Shown: positions 12,097-25,600, counted from the first letter of the whole stretch. The stretch: 63,697 nucleotides of DNA, filler included, from Folioceros fuciformis (GCA_049999805.1; 4 parts of 3 records of this genome joined end to end with filler, not necessarily neighbours in it); one strand, 5' to 3'. Program-made: numbers and translations. The notes: generated from the sequence alone by a model not told the origin.

Positions 12097-15000
12097 TCGT
12101 AGTTGATATATCCATTAGGCAACTTCTGCCTAATGGATTTTTTTTTTTAGGGTAGTCCATTAGGCAACCCTAAAATAATTTACATAATTAAGCATATTTA
12201 CAAATATAATTTTTTATAATTAGGTACGTTCTAGAATAAGTAGGTACCTACCTACTTATCTCTTTCTTGATTAGGGCGCCACATCTGAATCAAATACCCA
12301 TCTACACCTAAATAGGTAGGTAGTTCATCTATGATTCCCAACTTGGATTAGGAAGGTGCTACAATGGCACCTGTCCAGCAGACCCTTCTAAATTTTACAA
12401 AAATCAATGTTGTGGAGGCTGGGAGGAGTGGTGCAGGCTTTGTAGTGCGGGAGCTTCTCACAAAAGCCAGCATATCTTCTTTCAGTGCGACTATGCACAG
12501 GCAGTCTGGATTGTAGTTGGCAGGTAGGTGGCTCCAAAACCTTCTCCCAGAGAGAACCATTTTGGTTACAGAGCAAACTGCCCTATTCGGGCTTGATGAG
12601 CGGACAATAGAACCTCTAGTACAGATGCAGTGGTGGGGAGTGGTTTGGTCTCTGTCTCTCTTCGCCTTGTGGCAAAATTAGACAGCAATGGTCTATGGCG
12701 GTAACGACCCGGTATCAAGGAAAGCTCTACTTTGGCATATTTAGGAACACGTCCTGGTAACTACGGAGAGCATTTGCACGTCCGCCCACAACAAGCTCAA
12801 GCGAACTAAGTGGAAGACAGCCGGTTTCCTCGGGCATAATGGCTAGTGAAACCACTCCTGCCCGTGGGGAAGGTGAGTCCTCATCGGAGAGGGTTCTCTC
12901 GATGGCACGATATATCATATTTGTTCATGTCTGTAGTCTAGGATTAGGCGGTTAGACTAACGCCTTTGCATCTGCGTGGGCAAGTGCTGTATTCTGGTGT
13001 AGCCTGAGCTGCGAATAATCAGATTTTTTCTTCGCGAATAAAAAAAAATCAATGCTGAGGAGAAATAGCTGGAATTGGAGAAGAGGAGCTTGATGTTCGA
13101 AGAGGAGTTGGCAAGGACGGTCCCAAAGGCATCAGTTGTGAAGCGTCATGTAGGGAGGCCAAGAAAGACAACATCTACAACATTAGTGCCTCCAAGCACT
13201 AATGAAGAGGATGGCCTTGCCCTAGCTTCAAGAGTTGTTGGAAAGAACAAAAGGAAACACCGAGGTCCATACATTAATTGGTTTACAGATGATCTATGGC
13301 CTCCAATTGCTAAAGCCATGAAGACCCACAAGAACATCTTAGGAACTTTGAATTACTTGCAGACAACACACCGGAAAGTGGGAGGTGAAAGTCCATATAT
13401 GAAGTTATCAAGAGGTACCTTAAATGATTGGTTCACATTATTTGGTAAGTTGAAGCCTCATGCTAAGCGAGCTATTGAACGTAAGATAGGATTTGCCAGT
13501 AATCTTCACCACCTAGCCGTGTTAGAGGATTACCCAGACTTGAAAAAAGAAATTTGTGATGTCCTTCTTACCTTGAGATCCAACACAATAGGGATGCAGC
13601 TGTCTGCTCCAACAGTGCAGCCCGTCATTCGAGGTATTGTTGAGGCAAGGGCTCCAGAGCTGTTAACAACAGGAAAACATAGAGGGTTCAAGGTTAGCTT
13701 GCAATGGGTTAGGACTTTCATGAAGAAGGAACTTGGCTGATCATTTCAGATGGCGATAACTGCAGCTTCCAAGTTGCCTTTGGATTGGGAAACACAAGGC
13801 ACCAGAATGGCATCCCAGATTGCATACCTTGTGAAGGCTTATACAATTCCAACAGCGTTAGTGGTTAATTCTGACCAGACGGGCATACATTTGGTGCCTT
13901 TGAGTGGACATGCCTGGGAGAAGAAAGGAGCGAAGGACGTCAAGGTGATAGGAAAGTATGACAAAAGACAGATCATAGCAGTTGTATCATCTGTAGCGGA
14001 TGGAGGACTCTTACCCTTGCAAATTATTGTACAAGGCAAGACAACATGCTCACTTCCTTCGCTGAGTAAGGAAGCCAAAGATGCTGAGTTCCACATCACC
14101 TATTCTGAAACACATTGGTCCACCATAGCAACATGTAAGTAGTTTGTTCAGCATGTGTTAGTCCCGTATTATCACAAGCATATGGAATAGTTTCAGCTTA
14201 GCCCAAGGCAAAAAATGGTGTGGTTGATAGATTGTTGGAGCATCCATACATCTGCTGAGTTTACTACATGGATGAAGGAAGCTTACCCTTTCATTTGCTT
14301 GATATATGTTCCCCCCAACTACACTAGCAAACTCTAACCGGGCTGATGTTATCCTTCAACATCCCTTGAAACATGTCTTCAAGGAAGAATTCAACAAGTG
14401 GACAGCCTCAATTGTTATGGATCAGCTGGGAAGGGGAGAGGAAGTGGCACTAGACTTGGGTATTAAAAACCTGAAGAAGTTTGTGTGTGATTGGCTACTT
14501 AAGGCTTGGATTCACGTTAAAGCTATGGATGCTATGATTATCAAAGGATGCAGACCTGCAAGATTTTGCAGGCATTCGATGCAGATTTTCAAATTGCAGC
14601 TATGGAGATGAATGCTAAACCTCCACTATTCTCAGCTGGACATAATGATACCTTGGAAGATGATGCCGTAGAAGATGATGTTGAAGCTATGTTTGCAGAT
14701 TATGACCTAGAACTTGCTGAAGTTATGACCAGGTGCTTGGAAGACGCATCTTCTTCACTAGTCCTTCCTCTAATACGGACTGCAAGACAAAACCTCCGTC
14801 AGCAAGCACGAATTGCTGCAATGGAAAGGCATTCCAAGATAGGGCAGGAGTTGGAGAAGAAAGGAAGCACGTGTACCTTCAGAGGTGTTAGTGCTCGGCT
14901 CCTTAGTGCTGCATTTAAAGGCTTTGTTGTCCATGGACTGTGACCCATTTGCAAATCCAAGTGAACGAGCTAGTCATCAACCCAAGCTGGATTAAACATG

Positions 15001-15487
15001 TGGCCTCCAACCTGTAGATTAGTGCCTCCAAGTTGTTGTTGGAGCAGCCTAGAGACGCCGTCGGCCTGCAGGTAGGCTTGAGGTGTCCACCCGCCTGTAG
15101 GTTGCAGCTTGGAGGCAGCTGTAGCTTGGCGCTGCACCTTGTGAACTGCAGCTTACGAGCTGCAGAGCTCCACCGAGGAGGAGCTCGCTCCACCTTGCAG
15201 CTGCAGTGAGCTTGCCTCCCACCATGCCAAGCTCGTGGAGGACCGGAGCAGCCACAACATGTACACTAGTGAACGCGCCAGCAAGGAAAGCCATGCCCAC
15301 AAGCAAAGCCGTGCCCACAATGCGTTACGTGCTCGCAAGCAAACGTTATTAATCTATTTCGGCAAAGTTCTACATGAATTTCTGTAAATTTAGGTAGAGC
15401 CCCCAAAAATATGCCCCAAAAATATGTATGTTTTTCAGCCAGCGTAAAAAATAATTATTTTCCGCCGAATGGATATATCAACTACGG
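12097..15487 (+). mobile_element. Full-length pogo-like (Tc1/mariner-related) DNA transposon, 3391 bp
   Basis: 24-bp TIRs: TCGTAGTTGATATATCCATTAGGC (12097-12120) versus reverse complement of 15464-15487, CCGTAGTTGATATATCCATTCGGC (22/24 match). TA flanks both ends (12095-96, 15488-89). Internal DDE_1-type transposase. Confidence 0.9.
13075..14943 (+). pseudogene. pogo/DDE_1 transposase pseudogene
   Basis: FKVSLQWVRTFM (HTH end), VVNSDQTG, ADG.LLP, HWST, WLIDCWSIH, VPPNYTSKL*P/ADV. Stops at 13738, 14140, 14188 and 14335, plus frameshifts. Confidence 0.88.
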
Positions 15488-16302
15488 TACTTTACGACTT
15501 AAACGGCTCGGCAAACCAAATGGGTATTCTGTAGTCCACAGAATTTATTCGTCCCCGAAGACCGGGAGGCTATGCAGGGTACTGTACCATGGTCCTTCAC
15601 AAACCACAAGGCCGCGAAACCACTGGCATGGCATGGCGTCTGTGGTGCAGGACGATGTAACTCGTCTTCTTCTCCTCCTCACGACGTAAAACTCGGCATC
15701 ACTGTGTCGCTACCAGGGGCTTCAATTTTGTCCGTAGTCAGAACGGCCTCGGGAGCAGAGTCTTCACAAGCGTGATCCGGTAATAAGCAGATCTTAGGTG
15801 GCACCGTGTGTCCGATGATTGGGCTTAGCTTGTTGCATGCTTGCCACCTGCAGTGGCTGCTGACAAGGCGAGATGCCACGGTGAGGACCTCGGCACACCA
15901 AGTAACTCGACTTTGTCGGGATACAGCGGGGCCTGCAAGGTGGCAAGACAAAACTCTGCACAGGCGTGTGTAAGTTCGGCACCTCCATCGGTGCACAGTA
16001 TGTCCAGGCCCTGGAGAGAGAATTTTCAACGTCTCCACAAATCAGAAACATGTCCCCAAAATTTTGTAGAGGATGATGTGGTATTGTGGTAACGAGAGAG
16101 AAAGGTTAGCGTTGTCACAACTGAGCGAACACTGCTTCTGCATGTTACCGATCTTAGAACTCTCTTCTCTGCATTTTCTGGAACTCTCTTGTTATCGGGT
16201 TGTTTCTTATTCGTGGAGAAGGAAAATCGCGCGGCAGCAACGCGTGAGCAGGGAAACGGAGCAAAAACGGTGCTGGTATGAACAGTTGTACAAGAAGAAT
16301 TT

Positions 16303-17342
16303 TTAGAGGTCACCAGGAAGGCTGCCGTTTGCCTTACAATCCTCCTGAGGATTCCATTTCTGTGCCTGGGCATCACCGATCATACACTCACAAATTTCAA
16401 GAGCTTGGAGGGGATCCATCTCCTTCACGCTTCGAAACCTGTCGCTTACGACAAGCAGCTGGAGCTCACGATTGTGCCCAATCGGCCCACTGCTGGCTAA
16501 TTTCTTGACCACAGCACCTGTAACTTCCCTCAAATTATGCTTCAGCGCAAGCTGCACGAGGCACGTTACATTGTCCAGCTCACCTTCCTTGTAAGGTGGG
16601 CTCGGTATGCAATTGTCAAGAATGTAATTGATGCAGAAATGTTGAAGCCCTTCGATGTCATACTTTATGGCAGCCTCCAATAGCGGCTGAACGTTAACCG
16701 CAAGAAAATCCTCTCACACGTGAGCCTTGTAAGCGAAGATGATAAGTGCCTGCAGCACGTCAGACGAGATGCCCGCAATCTCCACGAAGCCGGTTTCCTT
16801 TTCCTTCATGTCGTTGAAGAGCATAGCCTTGAACACCGGAGATTTGCTTGCCAGTCGAGTGCCGCTAGAAATCATCAAAGAGAAGAAAAAAGAAAAAAGA
16901 AAAAAGGAAAAAACAAAACAACAACGATGACGACGACAGACTAGTGTACGAGAAGAGCCTGAAGGTTTCCAGCGTCACATCTACCCAGATTACTTATCAG
17001 GACAACCAGAGCATTCAACCAACCTACCAGAACGCACCGATGAGCTCCCATGGCAACACACGTTTGGTCAGTCGTCTTTAACCAAACGTCTGCTACGGAA
17101 GCGGAAAACATGTCATGTCCCGAAGCTTGGAGAAACGTGAAATTGCTCTGGACTCTTTGCAACTCGGCCTTCACTTTCTTCAGATCCGTCTTCACCTTGC
17201 TCAGCTCTTCCCTGACTGCCTTCTCAACAGACTCACGAGCCACTAGGTTATCGAGGCTCACGCTGCAGGCGATGCAAATAACCTTGGGCTCCCCATGAGG
17301 CCAGAACGTGGTCTGACACAACGCACAGTGTAGTCGGCTCAT
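16303..17342 (-). pseudogene. BTB/POZ-domain gene with N-terminal CxxC..CxxC and coiled coil, probably disabled
   Basis: ADVWL..AHRCVL|ASKSPVFKAML..EIAGISSDVLQALIIFAY..LLEAAIKYDIEGL..C is a BTB signature. In-frame TGA at 16716-16714, and no in-phase AG acceptor before ASKSP. Confidence 0.75.
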
Positions 17343-17645
17343 CGCAATAATCCTGGCTCTCCGCAACAAATGCTCTGGCTCGAGTGTTTCACGGTCGACA
17401 GATGTCTTAGGCGGGCATTGTCACCTATATTTTGGTGCTTACTCTTAGCCTTAGATGAGGTTTAAACGGTAATTCAGGAATTCCTATCCGTTGACGTAGT
17501 TCTTCCTTTCTCGCATGAAAGCCGTAATCTATTTGGCGGTGTGCAGCGGAAGCTTCAGAGAGGAGATTTCCTCATCACTGAATGCCGCTGGGAGTAAGCG
17601 GGAGGCAGAAAACTACTAGAAAGCGGCGTCTGCCAGACTGCAAAA

Positions 17646-19550
17646 ATGGGGCCTCACCTGTCGGCAACACCTGCCGTGGAGCGCATCGATTTGTCCTGTT
17701 CTGACGAGGCCACCTTGGCCGAACTTGTAAGACAGGCAAGTGCTTGTCGTAACAGGAGATTCACGGATGCTTTTTGAAGAGAAATGAGGCTGAGGTTGCT
17801 TGTTTGTGCCTGATTTGCAGGCTTGTGTGGAGGTTGGGTTTTTTTACGTAGTCAATCATGGAGTTGATCAGGAGCTGGTCTCAAAGCTTTTCGAGCAGTC
17901 ACGGGAGTTTTTTACTCTGCCGTTGGAGGACAAGATGAAGTCCCTGCACAATATCAATTACAGAGGATACACACCTTACCTGGACGAGAAGCTCAGTGCA
18001 AATCAGACTAAAGGTACTAATACTGGTTGCTTGTGGTGCATGAAGGCGAGTGAGTGTCTGTGGCACCATGTGGGAAGGACTGACGCGACAAGTGGTGGTG
18101 ATTCTTCAGGGGACTTGAAAGAGGGTTACTACATAGGGGAGCACATTCCAGAAGAGGATGTGCGGGCACGAATCCCGTTCCATGGCCCTAATGTCTGGCC
18201 ATCTTCAGGTAGAACTAGTTTGCTGTTGGGATGGGATTACCTTTGCTGCTCCAGCTTCTAACCCTTGCGGGCAGATCTGCTTCCGGAGTGGCGGCCAACG
18301 ATGGAAAGATATTATGAACAGATGTTGTAAGTTGTAGTTTCTGCAGGTTCTGGCTTGCCTGCCTTCGATGCTGTTGAGTAACCTTGTGTGATGCGCAGGA
18401 AGCTGGCAAAGCGGCTTTTGTGGCTGATAGCCCTAGCTTTACGATTGGATGCTGGCTACTTTGACAAGCCTTCTAGAGTCGACAATCCGATGTGTTTGAT
18501 CCGTTTGCTGAGGTATACTGGTGAGTGCCATCGGCATGTGTTTGCATTCCTGAAGCGTGTAAAAGGAATTTGGAATGGCTGTCAAGGTAAAGTACATACT
18601 GTTGATACGACCAGATGAAAAATCAAAACCAGACGAGGGCCTCCTTGGAGCAGGAGCTCACTCTGATTGGGGCGTGCTTACCATTCTTGCAACGGACAAG
18701 ATTCCGGGACTTCAGGTACTACGTTAGTCTCAGTCAACGACGTGGTTGCTATTACTTCTGTGTTATGAACCGGGTAACGGGGGGTTGTGCTCATAGTTAA
18801 AGTGGTTCAATGACAGATTTGCAGGGATAAAGACGCCAGACCACAAGTTTGGACAGATGTGCCGCCAATTGAAGGGTACCTGCAGCAATCAAGAACTTTT
18901 AACATAATCACCTTGGTTGGGTTTAAGCGCAGGTTGTTAAGTTTGTAATTTGGTACTGAGTTGGTAATGTCAGAGGCTTTATTGTGAACCTGGGAGATGC
19001 TTTGGAACGCTGGAGCAACAATATCTTCAGGTAACTGAGAATGACCTGTTACATTTTTGGTGGAAAGTTTGAGCTCATATGCCCTCACTGCCGTGTTTTG
19101 AACTTCTGCAGATCAACTTTACATCGAGTCGTTAATCCTGGCTTCGTTCGGTACTCTGTGAGTACTTGTTCCTATAAACTCAGAGATTCAGAAAAGCGGC
19201 TGGAGACAATTTATGGCAGATCTGTAAAACTTTCTCGTTGCTTTGGATTGTGCACCACAGGCTGCTTTCTTTGTGGACCCCAATTACAATTGCGTGGTGA
19301 AGTGTCTGCCAACTTGTCAATCAAAAGACAACCCTCCCAAGTAATTTGGCACATACCCAAAGCATGATCTGTCTGCAGCGTCACGTGCTCTTGACATGTG
19401 AATTACTTCGCCGCTTTCCCAAAGGTGTATGTCTGCCTACTGGTTCTTGGTAGCAATGTTTTTGTCGGTTTGGTGTGCAGATATCCTCCTGTTATTTCTG
19501 TGGAGTACCTTCTGCAAAAATACAAGGACACTCATGCAGGCTACACATAG
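17646..19550 (+). CDS. 2-oxoglutarate/Fe(II)-dependent dioxygenase (DIOX_N + 2OG-FeII_Oxy), multi-exon, copy 1
   Basis: IDLS..ACVEVGFFYVVNHG, DLKEGYY, NVWP, GAGAHSDWG (HxD), VNLGD.LERW, STLHRVV (His), RYS (RxS). Short introns. Stop TAG 19548-19550. Confidence 0.9.
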
Positions 19551-20369
19551 GACTGGCTGTATATCTGTGGGGTCATGTGTATATGTTTGTGTACTTTCAG
19601 AGCCGTGCGGTCTCTTGGGTGCACGCCTGTATTTGCTCTTATGTAGAGAGGATCGACAAGGACTCAACTATGCAAGTGTGTCTCTACATGTCGACCCGAT
19701 TGTATCCAACCCAACAAAAAGTGTGTTGTTTGATTGTATATTGTTTCTTGCAACTTGTTTATGTAATCTTGTCTGGGCATGTATCACAAAAGGACAAGGT
19801 AGCATCAATAAAGGTCTACTTTGCATACGAGTTAGCTTTTGCAGTAACAGTAGAACGGAACGTTGACCGGGTAATCTAGCCCTCTTTGGGTGCTCTCACA
19901 TAAGGTCCAGGTGGAACTTTGTCTGATCGTGTCTTCGTCCACTCACGGTCTCCAATTGGATGTCAGATGCTTCGAAGCTGCTAGAGCAACAGTGTCGTTG
20001 GCATATTCGGGTGGGAAAACGTGACAAGCTGCTCAGGGCCAGTTGTCTGCCACGTTCTCCTTCACAATTTTGCTCTGTGAGGATGATGCTCTGTTCTGGC
20101 CCTGACTGGAATTTGGGATTTCACTGTTTGTGGCACCGTGGACCTGGAAGCAGAGAAATAAGAAAGAGACAATTTTCGAACTTCAAAGACGAATATCCTC
20201 ATCCTTGAATCCTGTGTGCGTTCTTTTTTGTTTTTTAACGAGACTAACGAAGCTCTGACGTCACATAGAAGAGACAGGTCGATCCAAACAGCCAAGCGAA
20301 CCCAGAGCTCGGCACAATCAAGTTTTGCTAATTGTCAGTGCTTGCCGTTGTGGGTGCAAGACTGCAAGA

Positions 20370-22291
20370 ATGGGGCCCTCATTGCCAGGAACGCAGGCTG
20401 CTCTGGAAACACCTTCCGCAGCAGTGGAACGCATTGATTTGTCCAACCCAGATGAGGGGGCTTTGGCCAAGCTTGTACGACAGGTAGGAATGTAGTCGAT
20501 AGGGGACCTAAATATCTTTGTGCGTGAATTCCAGATCCGCTGTTGCTGATGAATGTACTGAAGGCATCCCACTGTTCGTGTGCTCTTCCAATCTGATCAT
20601 ACGACGGAATGTTGGCACACAGGCGTGCACAGATGCCGGCTTGTTCTACGTGGTGAACCACGGTGTGGATCCAGAGCTGATGAAAGAGCTTTTCTATCAG
20701 TCAAAGAAGTTCTTTTCCCTCCCACTGGATGAAAAGATGAACACTTTGCATGACGGAAATTTCAAAGGCTATACGCCTTACTCGGAAGAGGTGCTGGCTA
20801 ACGAAGTAATTCAAGCCAAAGGTATGTGAGTGCGAGTGTGCAGGGCAAGAACGCCTGTTGAATTCCTACAATGCTGAAACAAATTCGTGACACTTCCAGG
20901 AGACATGAAGGAAGGTTACTACATGGGGGAGGAACTCCCGCCAGATGACGTGCGGGCCAAAATTCCATTGAATACTCCCAACGTGTGGCCTTCTCCAGGT
21001 ACCGAGACGGATACTCGCCATGAGCATCGCTGCAATGATGTCGAGCATTCACCTGCCTGATCGCTGCACAATGATCCAATGGCATCTCTTGACAGATGTT
21101 CTGCCAAGGTGGCGTGAAACCATGCTGAAGTACCGGGAAGCGATGCTGTATGCCGCCCCTTCTCTTCCTGTTCCAATCAGTTTAGCTAGATGCCGCTTTA
21201 ATGCTCTTTGCCCTGCATCTGAAAGATTTGATTATGGCTGCAGGCATCTTGCCGGGCGGCTCTCTCGTCTCCTGGCCTTGTCCGTGGGCCTGGCTGCCGA
21301 ATATTTCGACAAACCAAGCAAGGCAGACCGGCCACAAGCCTTCCTGCGATTACTAAAGTACCCTGGTGAGCGCCTGTTCCACAGCTCCAAACCAGCCTGG
21401 ATTATTCCTCCCACCTTTCTCAATGCCCATCTGAAGGGGACCATTTCCTCCAGCTGAAAAATCATTCCCAGAGCAAGGCCTGATCGGAGCCGGGGCACAC
21501 ACTGACTGGGGCATGTTCACAATCCTTGCAACCGATTCCGTCCCAGGACTCCAGGTACTAGAATTGCACTACAGTTTGAACCCCGGAGATCGACTAGTGT
21601 GCTGCGCGCAGTGATATAACGTACTACATCTTCATTTGCAGATTTGCAAGCACAAGGACGCAAATCCGCAAGTGTGGATGGATGTGCCCCCAATGGAAGG
21701 GTATATAGCATCTACACTCGTACACAATTAATTCGGGGGCTGCAGTCCCTCGGACTGACGCGAAATCGCATCTGTTGTGCCATCTGACCAGGGCCTTTGT
21801 AGTGAACTTGGGAGACATTCTTGAGCGGTGGACCAACGACCTCTTCAGGTCCCCGCTGCACCGAGTTGTGAACCCCGGCTTTGAGCGATACTCAGTGCGT
21901 ATCATCTTCTCCACACCTGCCTCATTCAATGCCCAACACAGTTGGCATGGTCTTTATCCCGCGTTGGTCATGTCCAGGTAGCGTTCTTTGTCGCGGCCAA
22001 TTACAACTGCGTTGTAAAGTGTTTGCCCACGTGCTGCAACGTGGAAAAGCCTGTCAAGTACATCCATCCCCTGATAGTGTTGTACATCAATGATTCGCAC
22101 AGCTGAAGTTCCATTTGCGTGTCATTGAACATTCTCGACATCACAGGGCCAGGACGGGCATTAAAGGAGGCTTAAATCTGTTTCACTGCAGATATTCTCC
22201 AATCGTTTCCGTGGAGTATCTTCTGCGAAGATATGCACGCGCACGGGTATTTGAATCATCGGAGCCGAAGGTGGTGTCAGTTAACGCTTGA
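20370..22291 (+). CDS. 2-oxoglutarate/Fe(II)-dependent dioxygenase, tandem copy 2
   Basis: Same motifs (GLFYVVNHG, GAGAHTDWG, VNLGDILERWTNDLFRSPLHRVV, RYS) and mostly the same intron positions as copy 1. Stop TGA 22289-22291. Confidence 0.9.
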
Positions 22292-22642
22292 ATGCTCGTC
22301 ATGTAGGGAGCGATGCTGTACAGAACGAATAATCGCAGTACTGCAACTGGCATTTGCAAGATGCCAAAATGGATTGTACCCAACTACGGCAGATGTGCAG
22401 TATCTGCTACAGAGTGGAGATTTATGACTAGCGATGTAACAAGCCGACATGGATCGTACCCTACCTTCGGCAGACGTGCATACATACCTCGTACAGACTG
22501 TGAGATTGTAAATGCCATCGCAACAAGCCAAAATGGATTGTTCCCAGCTTCGCCACGCATATGTACCTTGCCACATCTGCTAATTGCCATGAGCCGTTTG
22601 CCACTGTGCAAGAAGCTATTACTTTCGTATTTTGATATAGCA

Positions 22643-25600
22643 CTAGGTGGGAAGTGTCCTCAACAAATCAACAGCAAGCTTCCATCCTGGCAGCTCTAAT
22701 CTGCCAAACCTCGATAGCACGGGGACAACTCCAGCGGCAATGATGGCTGGGTGATTGTCAACATCCATCCCAAGAGCGTGTAGAACACAAAGCGCTGCTT
22801 CCTTCCCTCGAGGAGTACCCTTCTCGAGCAGTCTTGCCAAGGGGAAGATACCCCCAGAAGAGGAAATGGCTTTAGTATAAACTGCTTCTTGGCTCTGTAA
22901 TTGATGAAGGCCAACAGCCGCAGCCTCTTGTCTCTCAGGTGAAATGCCGTCTCCAAGCTCCATGATTAATGCAGGTATTGTCTCGTGGCACATTATCTGC
23001 TGCTTGTAGTTTGCTCCGGGCCCGTCCAGTCTGCATAGGCAAGCTCCGACCCAATCTTTCAGATACAAGGGAGAAGGTGACCTGAGCAGTACGACTAAGG
23101 CCCCTGTCAAGTCCGCAGCATCGAGCAGACTCTTGACACTGTCATGTGTCACTAGTCTTGCCAACAGTCGAGAGGCTGCACGAGCAACTACCCAACCATC
23201 CTCGCTTGTGCTGAACCGTCGGTTTCTTGTGGTTTCAATGCCTTCTGAGATGTACAAGAGAAACAGGTTTATAATCAAGAAGCACGCCACCTGATGAAAT
23301 AGAGTCGACAGAATGGAACAAAAGCTAGACCTGTATGCAAGTTTACTTCCAGTGATGCCTTGAGAGCTACTTCAATCCCAGAATTTGCAATGACAACTGC
23401 ACTTTCCTCGTCCACAGCAAGGTTTTCCAACAAACTAGCTGCCTTTTCTGCTTGGGCTGCTGTTCCTGATGACAAAAATGTCACCAGAGGGGATATACCA
23501 CCAGCAGCTATTATCTTTGACCTGACATGACGCAACGCGGGTTGCAAGAGTTTTGTTAGGGAAGAAAGAGGCGTCATAACCGCCTTACCTCGCAACGGCA
23601 GTTTATGGCCTAACGGGCCAAATCAAGACCAGTGTGTAAGGACTTTGGTGAGAAATAGAGTAAGCCAGGGCCAGGACAAGGATACCTGACATCACCTTTG
23701 CGAGCTGACATTTCCTCAAGCACTTCTTCGAATTCCTCCTTCACTTCTACAGTTGCATCGTGGGAACGCACAATTTCCATTAGCCCTGGTAATGCGCCGG
23801 CATCAACCTACATGTGTTGCTGTCTCCAATCATTGTCAAAGGATACACAGCTGTTCACATGTAGGGAGAGACATTTGCGAGACGGGCTTAAACAAAATTG
23901 GTTTTCACTTTCAATTACGTGGCAGTGATCGAGGTTAGTGCAACTCTACCGTAGAGCCAGCTTCAGGGTCTCGGATACTCGATAAATGTGCCAGCGCTCC
24001 AACGACCTTCATTTCGACCAATAGCCGTTATCCTCTTGCGCTTATGAGAAGCAAGATACACTGATCGAAATACTTGAAGAGAATTTGATGTGTCACCTTT
24101 TCATTAAGCGATGTAGAGGGACTCTTGGCCTTCAGAATAGCCACCAGTGCATCAACAGCGCCATGAGCAGCAATTGACTTCCTGAGCGTTCGGCTGTACA
24201 GGATCAAAGGTCAGACCAGGTAAACTAACATTTCAGACAACACCAACGACATAAATATACAGACAAGCACAAACGCGGACCTAATGGCAAGCTTGTCCAA
24301 GGCAGCTACAGCTGCTTCTGTTGCCGATTCATCTCCACAACCCAGCAGTCTCACCAGGTGAGGAACTGCACCAGCCTTGTGAAGGGCTTCCCTGCTTTCC
24401 TCATTAATTGCAATGTCTACGATACATTCTGCCGCACGCTGGGAAACTCTGACATCCTCTAACCCAAGAATGAGGATTAGCCTTGGCAGTCCATCCCACC
24501 ATGGCATAAACGTGAACCTTCTGTCACTAGTTGAGGGCTCCTCCTTCAGTTTCCCAGATTTCTCTTTTTCTAAGACTCCAATCCGTGCCAGAAATTGCTG
24601 TCTTACAATGCCCTCTCTAGCGGATTTGGTCGCCTCATCTATATCATGGCCATCATTTCGAATCTTCAGCCCCAACAGCAGTTTTCCAGCACCAAAAACA
24701 GTTTCCTGCTCAGCAGACTCTTCCACCTTCACGCTTGTGGGCACAGAGGGTGTGACACCAAGAAGGGGCTTGAAGGATGCATATGCACTGGCTCCAATCA
24801 GAGGTACTGGTACCAAGCCTTGCTCAATGATAGCAGTTCGCCAGTCAGGCTTATGAGCAAGCTCTAAAAGCAGGTTTCGTGCTTCCTGTCTGGTGATCTT
24901 CGACGTCTCGCTTAGGTCCTTCTGCAATAAATTGGACTGCACGAAGTAAAAGAAAAAGTTAGCAGTAGCAAGTTGAAAGGAAAAGATAATGGACAATTGT
25001 ATGATGAGACCCTATTTAGACGTAACCGAGGATGACAGGTTGCAGAGCTCACAAACTTTTCAATGGCCCCGCACTTGACAAGGATGCCACGATTCTCAGC
25101 ACTCAAAGCAAGGTTGGAGAGCACTCCAGCAGCTGCTTCTCTCTCCAGCTCCCTCGCTGAGTCAAGCAGCGAAAGCAAAACCGGCACCAGATCAAGGTCG
25201 GCAACCTTGTTCCTCCACTTTGCCTCGACAGAAACATTCCACAAAACACAGAGTGCCTGCTCCCTCACCTTCACCACCACAAGGACACACAGACCGGTAG
25301 TCAGTACCAACTTTCCATTCCCACCAGCTCGCCTCCTAAACTGCAACAGGCGGGAGACCAGAGAACGTCACCTCATGGGAAACGGTTCGGCGAGTGAGTA
25401 AGCCTGCAATCTCTTCCACGGCCCCGCATTCAGCCACCAGAGACCTGAAGGCATTTACCTCTGAGACATGCCTCAAGAGTCTGGCCGCCGCCTCTGCAGT
25501 TTCACAGTTTTCCGAGGGGAGTAGGCTAACCACCAGGTTGAGACAACCTGGATACGAAACAATCTCCTCCACATTTTCAACTCCTTTCGAGGCGTGTCTC

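Noticed and set aside
16714-16716. TGA as selenocysteine, readthrough or an editing-restored codon
   Set aside because: A second lesion (splice acceptor) points to a pseudogene. Land plants lack selenoproteins and PPR-mediated editing is organellar.
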